Shown piece by piece: positions 54,640-64,000 of a stretch of DNA of 64,000 nucleotides. Made by a program: the position numbers and the translations under genes. Each line of letters begins with the position of its first letter. Position 1 is the stretch's first letter. The stretch comes from Octopus sinensis (taxonomy: Eukaryota), in assembly GCF_006345805.1 (NCBI RefSeq), contig NC_043015.1:20522001-20586000 (forward strand). The letters are read 5' to 3'. Below the pieces are notes generated by a model. The model saw only the letters and a list, made by a program, of their open reading frames with translations. It ran no database searches and had not been told where the DNA came from.

Positions 54640-54940
54640 CTCAGACAGCAATTTGAACTGATTGTCATGATGTAACTGCGACTGCCTATATAGATATGTT
54701 AGTGAGTGTCTGGTCAGCTACTGCGCATGGTTTTTGTGTGAAAGTAATTGTCTATACGGAAAGCTTAACGGTATTCGTTCCATCACTCCGCACTTTAATT
54801 TACAAACTCGCCGGCGTCAAATACACGTTTCATTGAAATCGATTCAGATAACATAAATATCAATCCAAGACAGAAGATTAAGGTATTTCTTCTGTTCTTT
54901 GGTTTCTGAGTTCCACTCATCACGGTCTCTTTAATCAGAA
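54640..54940 (+). pseudogene. Possible decayed Penelope GIY-YIG endonuclease remnant
   Basis: DSNLN*LS*CNCDCLYRYVSE/SGQLLRM resembles SNLIY..C..C...YVGETG..LR; later PHFNL and HGL.N; heavily disrupted. Confidence 0.35.
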
Positions 54941-55183
54941 GCCTCAAACTGTCACGCAGTTTATCCCAACTGCCCGGTATCATGAGGGCTTTTAATGCAA
55001 TCCACTTCTCGGTTACAATCATGTGAACCCAAGTCATCAGCTTGTGGACAGCTTCTTCTCTATGTCTCTCCCCATCCGACCAATTTCAGGGTGAGGTGTA
55101 ATAGTTCATGGGTACTGATTTGCCTCCTAGCAAAAAGAGAAGAACGTATAGGTACGTACTAAATACACACACACACGCACTCT

Positions 55184-55230
<47 letters not shown>

Positions 55231-55614
55231 CATACACACACACGTATATTTACATAGAAAGGTATGTAAAAATTTAAATACATGCACCTTGGCAAACTTT
55301 GATTAAACGGAAAACAACTCATTCGCACGTAATGCATCTTGTTTAATTCATACACATTCATCCTTTCACACACACACACGCACACACACACACATACATA
55401 CACACACACACACATACACACACACACACACACAAAGTAATATACTCTCAGTATCATACTTACACACACGCACACACACAAACACACACACACACATTCA
55501 GTCACACACAGACAACTGCTTGATCTCGCAGACGAAAGATCAGGCTTTGATGTCAATTTCCTGTTCTTTCCTGTTTTACCTCAAGGCATAAGAACTTGTC
55601 TACACTCACAAACA

Positions 55615-55717
<103 letters not shown>

Positions 55718-55841
55718 TTGTCTGTCTGTCTGTCTGCCTGTCTGTATGTCTGTCCGCCTACCTACCCTACCTACGTACCTACCTACCTATTTATCAATAT
55801 ATCTTTCAATCTATTTGTCTGTCTGTCTCTATGTCTATCCG

Positions 55842-55898
<57 letters not shown>

Positions 55899-55910
55899 TT
55901 CTCTCCCTCG

Positions 55911-55942
<32 letters not shown>

Positions 55943-55943
55943 A

Positions 55944-56001
<58 letters not shown>

Positions 56002-57263
56002 TGAGAGGTATTGGTGTCAAGAAGACCCAAAGGTGTCAGGTAACACTAAGTAAGTGCCATGGACAGACCATAGTTCAGCTCCTGGTTCGATAATGATACG
56101 AATGAGGAGTCCAAAGTGGGTCATAAACAGGTAGACTGACACACATGTACACAAAGTTTTGTTATTGTGTGCATGTGATTAACTGACAGCGCTATGAACA
56201 TGATTTCGTCATTGTAGTGTCATGTGATAAATAAAAAATACATTGTCATTAAAAGCATATAATTATTACTAATAGAAACTTACAAAATCTGTCTTCATTT
56301 AATTATAATTTATTAAACATTTTTATTTTAGAGATCATTATGTATTTTCTTAGTCGTCTATATATTCACTATGAAATCTCATAAAATAGAAGTAACACAG
56401 TTGTTCCTTCGTAGTATTACATATTACCCAACATGTGGAAAATATTATCCCCAAATTATTCGTTATAGGATGGTTAATCCCCAAGCCTTCTTATAAGGCG
56501 TATTTAATGTAAATGAATAAATTACAGACGAAGTTGATGTTGAGTTCTGAGGCATTGTTTTCTATACATTTTGTATTTTAACTTCCTCATCATGTTGTAA
56601 CAAAACTAGAGACATCTAACTGGATGAGAGTTATCTCATTCTGGTTGACGGGGATATAGGTGCAGAGGGAATGGGACACGCAGCCATATATAAATTAATT
56701 GATTGTCTAGAATCATTATCTAGACTGTATGTAAATATCACCGTTTATCACCTACATCAGGGACCTTCACCGGATGCAAAGGGGATATCTCACATATTCC
56801 ATTCAAGCACAGGTTTCTTTAAGCTTTTCAGTATTCAGTATTTTTCCAGTATTCTTTAAGCTTTCTAGTATTATTTAAGTTTTTCAGTATTCAGTGGGAA
56901 ACTGCCCACAGGATGTTTCTCATTGGTATAGAACGATGATTCCGGCCAAAGAATCATCCCTTATATGATAACATAGCCTGACAGTAACCCTAGGCTTTCA
57001 GAACATTACCACGTAGGAGGAAGCCATTTCCCTGTACCGTTATGAAAACGAGAGTAATATAGCTCTCTTCTCTTCGAACTTTTGTATATTAAAGCTTTAG
57101 ATAAAGCTTCACTTCTAACCGAAAAAGCTTATCGATCACTAATGAAACTATAAAAACACTTAAAACTATCGATATATTATTTTTGTACATAGAGAAGGAA
57201 ATTAGTTGTGCTATAATAATTCACAAGAAATCTATACATTTAGTTGGATGTATGAATATGAGT

Positions 57264-57465
57264 ATACGGTGGGGTGGGGGCGAAATGCTCCTGGCTTTAA
57301 GGGTAACACGAAAGGCCTGGTTGGAGGCACATTCTTCCAGTTTCTTTTATAGGGCTTAGATAAAATGAAGGACCGATGGAATAAGTGTGTGAATCTGAGA
57401 GGGGAATATATTGAATAAAATCATAATTAACTGATCCTCCCATTTCATACCCAGCCAGGAACTAA
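57264..57465 (+). mobile_element. mariner-derived MITE carrying the transposase C-terminus
   Basis: TCCTGGCTTTAAGGGTA pairs with TACCCAGCCAGGA; AWLEAHSSSFF/LDKMKDRWNKCVNLRGEYIE* matches the mariner RW.KC...GEY.E end. Confidence 0.85.
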
Positions 57466-57626
57466 TATATATATATTAGACACACTGGATGCGTTTCCGT
57501 CCACAAATGCATGTATGTAGATATGTCCATATGTTTGTATATATATATATATATATACTGCAGGAATGTAATTACGCACGTGCTAGTGGCGATTACTTTT
57601 CCTTCTTTGGATTTTCCCCTTTCTTC

Positions 57627-57659
57627 TTTCTGGCGAAGAGCTATGCTCGAAACGTCAAA
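57627..57659 (+). ncRNA. Minimal hammerhead motif with mutated core (PLE-type)
   Basis: TTT-CTGGCGA-A-GAGC-TAT-GCTC-GAAAC-GTC-AAA; A6G change; helix III reduced to the ACGT palindrome. Confidence 0.65.
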
Positions 57660-58219
57660 CTCTCATTTTACCGAGTGTCAAGCTAATACATTTCTTGTGT
57701 ACATCCTCTTGTTGTCCGTTAATTTTATTCGTTTATTTGAATTCATTGTTTATTTGAAACTGACCCTATGTGTGTATGTATAAGTGTGCGCGCGCGTCTT
57801 ATATAAATTATATAACATAGATATGTATAACAGTAATGTTTTCTGTCGCTCTGTAAATCTACACAATCCGAAACACGAACGTAATTTCACCTCCAATAAT
57901 CATACCTTGCAAAATGAAAGTAAAACGGTACAAATTGACTTTAATACGAATACGCTGAGATACAACAATGTCGTTGCTGTTATTATTATCATCATCACCA
58001 TCACCATCCTCCTCATCGTCTTTTGAATAGTCGTATTAGTTTTAATATATTTATCAGCATTCTCTGTTCGTGTACAAGATAAAAAAATTACATTATGCAT
58101 ACATTTTTTTTGTTATTTTAAACAAATTTCCTTGTACGTTAAAGGAAACGAAAAACCTCGATTTCGGAATTAGCTTACAAAGTGATGTTTACATTATACA
58201 TAAATACATACATATATAA

Positions 58220-58307
<88 letters not shown>

Positions 58308-58325
58308 ATGTATGTATACACACAA

Positions 58326-58365
<40 letters not shown>

Positions 58366-58931
58366 GTGTGTGGTGTGTGTGTGTGTTTTTGCTACTTTGC
58401 TGTTGATGTATTTTTGTTATCTCTTATTGTATTTTAATCCTGCTTACATTTGGATTAGTTTCCATACGAAAACATAATTATTGTTATTTGTATTATTACC
58501 ATTGATATTATTTATACATCATTTTAGTAAGTACACATGCTTATCTACATATATCTAAATGATTATGTCACGTATATGAACATATTATTTTGCACACACT
58601 CATGTACAGATAACCTCATTTCTGGTTTTCTTTAATTCCCTCCCCTCTTTCGTCGTCTACGCATGTATATATAACAATATATATATATGGACATACATAT
58701 ATTCACACACACGCACACAGAAACACACACACATATGTATGTGTGTGTGTGCATATATATATATATTATATATATATATATATATATGAACAAACACACA
58801 CAATATATATATATGAACATATACATATTCACATACACACACGCACACTCAAGACTATGTGTGTTCCTATGCATATAATCTGATTCCTAGTTTTCTATAA
58901 AATTTGCCTAGCACGGAATCATTTCCCATAC

Positions 58932-58997
58932 CATGGCGTCCCCGCTCTCTTTTAAGTTTGAATCTCTGCTTTGAAATCTTCTTACGTGGTGTCCTCA
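58932..58997 (-). CDS. Candidate 66-nt internal exon (phase 1-1), basic peptide
   Basis: CTTTCTTTAATTGCAG|TG...CATG|GTATGG; open frame xRTPRKKISKQRFKLKRERGRH; no homology recognised. Confidence 0.3.
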
Positions 58998-59721
58998 CTG
59001 CAATTAAAGAAAGGTTCACCTTTGCCTCATATCTACTGTTGAATTTTTTCTTGTTATCGCATACTCGATAGTAGTAGCAGTAGTAATATTAGTACTCTTC
59101 TACGGTGTTGTTATTTCTACTGCTGGTGTAGAGTGTTTTAGCTATGGCTGGCTTCGAGTATATCCCATACAAAAGCTGCAAAGAATGTTGTGATTTATTA
59201 TTTTTTTTATTTTATGTCCATATATACTACAGTTTATGAACAATAACGTCCGTTGGAAACCTATTTCGTTGTTACAGATACATCATGGAAAATCTTTAGC
59301 TTACTACATTACTGCTACGAAAAAAGACACGAGAACCATGTAGCTTGGCGCTGAACAAATCAGGAAACGAAGAAAAATATTAGCATATCTTTATTCACCA
59401 TGTACAACTGTTTTGGTACTACTTCGGAAAAAAAAAACACGAAGTTTTACTGAAACAATTATAATTGATAATTGAAGATGTGCTAATCTCGTCCTCGTAT
59501 TTCGATGATATATTACTCTTCAGAAAACCTACACAATGTATTTTCTAAACCAGTAGAAATTCGATCCTTCTCGAGGCTATGGTTCGAGCGTGTAGATAGT
59601 TATGTGCTGGGATTGAGTGCTGCATCGAAAATATTCCGGTTTTATATCCAACAACACTCTATAATAATATATATATGTGTGTGTTTGTGTGTGTGTGTGT
59701 GCGTGCATGCATGTATAAAGA

Positions 59722-59970
59722 GTAAAGACTCCCTTCGGTCATGAAGGTAAGTTTGTTTTGTAGAAGACCAACAGTCATGCCATGCATGTCAGCCTCCCCT
59801 CTCCATGCCACAAATGATGCCCAGGGGAAAGGCAAAAGCCGATACAGCTTGGCATTACGTCTGAACTCATTTCTACAGCTGAGTGAACTGGAACAACGTG
59901 AAATAAAGTGTCTTGCTCAAGAATATAACACACAATTCAGTCAAGGAACCACAACCTCAGCCACTGAGAC
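59722..59970 (-). mobile_element. SINE family D body
   Basis: Minus strand TTGAGCAAGACACTTTATTTCACGTTGTTCCAGTTCACTCAGCTGTAGAAATGAGT resembles conserved central domains of invertebrate SINEs; head decayed. Confidence 0.7.
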
Positions 59971-60339
59971 ACGCATTTTAACACGCACACACACACACAT
60001 TTATACATAAGGTGAAGGCACGTGTCTTTGTTAGCATATTTGGCCCACGATGATAAAGTCGTAAGTCTGAGACCCGGCGGCGCATGCAATGGAGGTACAC
60101 TCAAGGTTCATAAATATTATAAATGACATTTAATAATATCCTATTGATATGTGGGATGCGGAAACCTATGTCGCAATACATTAATAAAATCTAAAGATTC
60201 CCATCCACAAGTCGTTTTCTTTTATTACGCTATCTATCTGTCTGTCTGTTTGTCTGTCTGTCTCCCGAGGATCAAACTAATACGCCTGTTTTTCGTTCAT
60301 ACACCTTTTTTCGTCTTTTGTTCTTCTATAAATTTCACC

Positions 60340-60386
<47 letters not shown>

Positions 60387-60395
60387 TGATACGAA

Positions 60396-60524
60396 GAAAG
60401 CCACAACTCTTGTGAAATAGAACTAGTCAGGTTTCCGCGGCCGAAACATTGATTTCTTTAACTAAAATTTATGTTTCGGCCACGAGACTCTGGGTAATTG
60501 TATTTCACAAGACTTGTGGTTTTC
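60396..60524. mobile_element. ~130-bp palindromic MITE-like element
   Basis: AAAGCCACAACTCTTGTGAAATA...GGCCGAAACAT pairs with ATGTTTCGGCC...TATTTCACAAGACTTGTGGTTTT. Confidence 0.8.
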
Positions 60525-60624
60525 ATTACAGCATTATCTTTATTGTCTTAGTGCGATTCTACTACATAATATGTGTGCGCGTGTGTGTATGTGTGTGAGC
60601 GTGTCGGTATGTCTGTGTGTGTGT

Positions 60625-60665
<41 letters not shown>

Positions 60666-60676
60666 AGAGAGTGAGT

Positions 60677-60707
<31 letters not shown>

Positions 60708-61559
60708 AAGAGAAAGAGAGTGAGTGAGAGAGAGAGAGAGAGAGAGAGTGATAGAGGGAGAGAAAGAGAGGGAGAGTGTGTGTGTGTTGGAAATGAATGC
60801 ATATTTCACTTCTGAAAACAAAATGAGTGAAAGAACCTCTACAATCGAAACATTTTCTTTTTCTGTTCTTTCGACGCTTAAAAGATTTATAAATATATCA
60901 TTTAATGCAAAACCGAAAGCAACTGAATGCAATCTATTAATCTTATTGCCGTTTGGGGATAAGGAAATAGACATTGCATCCTTGTTTTCAAGGGTTACGA
61001 TTATGCAAATTTCAACGTGGATATGATTACCTTATGCTAAATGTTATGTTCGATACCTTATTCTTAAATCTCTTCCTTTCATTCACGCTTTCCTCAGCGC
61101 TTCTCTTTTCCTATGCCATTCTTCTTTCTTTCCCTCTTCTTTCTTTTCCTCTTTTTCAATTTTATTTTGCCTTTCCTCGTTCACTGATTTCTCTAAGTTT
61201 TATATTTTCTCCGTGAATTTTTTATTATATATCGGAATCGCCAACCTATTTTAGGTTCTCTTTGAAGAGACGGAAGTTGAAACATAATGGGCAGCTTGTA
61301 TGGAAACAGCTAATATAATATATATACATTATCTCTCTCTCTCTCACACACGCACGCACACACGCACACACACACACACCCACACACCCACATACATTCA
61401 TATTCTATTTTTGAAATTGAGTTCTTCAGCTGTGGATTTCTCCTGCATATATTATCCGTTTCTTCAAATGCACAAACTCTCTCTCTCCCTCTCTGTCAGT
61501 ATGTCTCTGTCTCTTTGTTTGTCTGTCTGTCTGTCGCTCTCTCACAAACACACAGGTAT

Positions 61560-61708
61560 ATAAGGGCTACCAAAATGCTGGCTACCAAAATTATTCACGA
61601 ATTGTTGTTCAGCATAGGGCTGTAGAAGAATCTACTTGCCCAAGACGACATGCAGTAGGACCAAAATGAAAATGATGTGGTTGAAAAGTGAATTTCTTAG
61701 CCAAACCG
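61560..61708 (-). mobile_element. SINE family A head/core, diverged
   Basis: AGGGCTGTAGAAGAATCTACTTGCCCAAGACGACATGCAGTAGGAC. Confidence 0.6.
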
Positions 61709-61712
61709 TCCG

Positions 61713-61753
<41 letters not shown>

Positions 61754-61792
61754 CTGTCTGTCTGTCTTTCTGTCTATCTATCTATCTGTCTA

Positions 61793-61895
<103 letters not shown>

Positions 61896-62540
61896 ATCTG
61901 TCTGTCTGTCTGTCTGTCTGTCTATCCATACCCTGAATGGAGAAACTCTTTAAAAAACATTCTCCATTATACCATACCAAAAGTCGTGCTTCTAGATATT
62001 TTTTTATGGATTACGTCAAATAATAATCACAACAACAACAATAGCCACACAGCGAAAGCAACCGCACCAAAACCTGTTTAATTCCTGCATTGTGTATGAC
62101 TTCTTAACGCAGCGTTTAGATTCTGCACAATACTAAAAGACCTAATAAACAATCTTAACATTGTGCTAGTTAATTCTGGCATTGAGTTAATTCTGTTTAA
62201 ATCACTGTAATCTAGAAAATTCGGAGTCTTTTCAGAATCTGCAAGTCGACAGATTCTCTGCATCAATATATTTATGCAACTCCCAGTGTAATCAGAAATG
62301 CAAAGCGCATACGAAATTTATAGCTAAATTTAATGCGGTTCATTTCATTTTTCTTCTGCCACCATATTCTTTACAACACACACACACATACGTTTGGGTC
62401 TGTGTAAATATATGTATTTGCATAGGCGCACATATGTACGTGTGACACGAGTATACATACATATATAAGCGTATATACGTGTGTGTAAATATACATATAC
62501 ATATATATATATATATACACATATATATATATAAATATTA

Positions 62541-62592
<52 letters not shown>

Positions 62593-62615
62593 ATATATAT
62601 ATATATATACATATA

Positions 62616-62667
<52 letters not shown>

Positions 62668-63103
62668 ATATATACGCGGTTGTATATGAGTTATATAGCT
62701 CATAGATACGAATGCGTATAGAGATGCACATGTATTATCTCGCTCCTGGTGCGTATCTTAAACGTCGGCCACTCCAGAAAATGAATATTAAATTCACATT
62801 TCTAATAATTTCCAACCAAGATTTTCTATTTATAAAGTTCAGTTTGCACAGCACATATTGACTAAACACAAATAGGCATGTAGAGACACATCACACACGC
62901 ATATGTAGTATGCACATGCGCACACGCATATTTTTTGACCAGATAACACAAGTGTAGTGAGAGAATAGATGCCTCTTGCATTCGTTAGCAACAGGTTCGT
63001 AATCTGCGTTTGTGACATAAGTGATGCTACTTCATAGTCACGCACTAAGCCAGGGGCGTATAGTGAAATCTTTGATACTCTCTCCCTCTCCCCCGTCTCT
63101 CTC

Positions 63104-63192
<89 letters not shown>

Positions 63193-63799
63193 TATGTGTG
63201 TATATGTGTACATGTAAATATGTAAATACACATGTTTATTAATATTGTCCTTATTCCATACCGTTTGTCTGAAATCTTTCGTCACACACCTGTGACCTCC
63301 TCAGTGACTCTCCATGTCACGTGTTTCCGCCTGATCTATTTAGTCCATTTTGTCTTTCTATGATGTATATCCTGATCTGTGCATACGGTTCCGTCTGCAT
63401 CTGTGAGTGCGTGCGCGCGCGTTCGTTCTTTCGCGTGTGTACGTGTCGCTATCTCTTCTATATATGTGTTTTATGTGTGTGTGTGCATGGGTTTGCTTAC
63501 TATACCGTTTGTATCCATAACCTTTATTTATTTATTTACTTAATTATTTGTTTACTTGTCTCTCCTCCCCCCATTTCATCTTAAGTATATATCAGTGTGT
63601 ATTTTGTATATGTGAGTAGATGGGTTTATACTTCATGCTGTTTGTACCTGTTAGATTTCCCTCCCATTCTGTCTTTAGTCGACATGTTGCGTAGTGTGGT
63701 GGTGGTGGTGGTGGTGGTGGGGTGGTGTTTCTGTTCTATTCGTGTTTTCTGTTGAAGCTCGGTCTGTCTATTACTATGTGTGTGCCCTCTGTAAGCTGT

Positions 63800-64000
63800 C
63801 CTGATATCTTGCGATTTTTTTTTCTCTGGGGGCTATGTGAAGGACCTGGTCTATGTCTCCCCTCTTCCTGCAAACCTAGAGGAACTCGAACAGTGAATCA
63901 CTACCGCAGTGGAGACTGTTAACCAAGACATGCTGCAGAGTGTTTGGGAGAAACTGGACTACCGACTTGATGTGTACCGTGTCTCAGGCGGTGCGCATAT
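63800..64000 (+). pseudogene. Tc1/mariner transposase C-terminal remnant (runs off window)
   Basis: PD..CDFF/LWGYVKDLVYVSPLPANLEELEQ*ITTAVETVNQDMLQSVWEKLDYRLDVYRVSGGAH. Confidence 0.9.

Noticed and set aside
56815-56895. Short repeated TTTCAGTATT units (CRISPR-like?)
   Set aside because: Degenerate tandem repeat without unique regular spacers; eukaryotic context and no cas genes.
62078-62266. 62-aa minus-strand ORF in unique sequence
   Set aside because: No homology recognised and no clear splice sites.

Overview
AT-rich, microsatellite-saturated eukaryotic DNA, intronic or intergenic. The SINE families and (TA)n/(CA)n/(ATCT)n density resemble an Octopus (coleoid cephalopod) genome; this is from recall, not a search. 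No intact host gene is recognisable, and almost all ORF-track entries are translated microsatellites. Recognisable content: (1) a near-full-length decayed CR1-like LINE at 36.1-39.56 kb (-) with APE endonuclease, RT and a CCCH-finger ORF1, plus three other LINE 3' fragments; (2) about 20 tRNA-derived SINE copies from several families; (3) Tc1/mariner remnants and MITEs; (4) an ~870-bp tandem duplication; (5) many fold-back elements. The most striking signal is a set of type I hammerhead ribozyme (HHR) motifs with the palindromic helix III typical of Penelope-like elements. Three are structurally complete (2362-2415 -, 44986-45033 +, 53827-53911 -). Three unrelated palindromic non-coding elements (19.1, 34.1, 44.3 kb) carry an HHR motif in each polarity. 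A candidate 66-nt coding exon lies at 58932-58997 (-).
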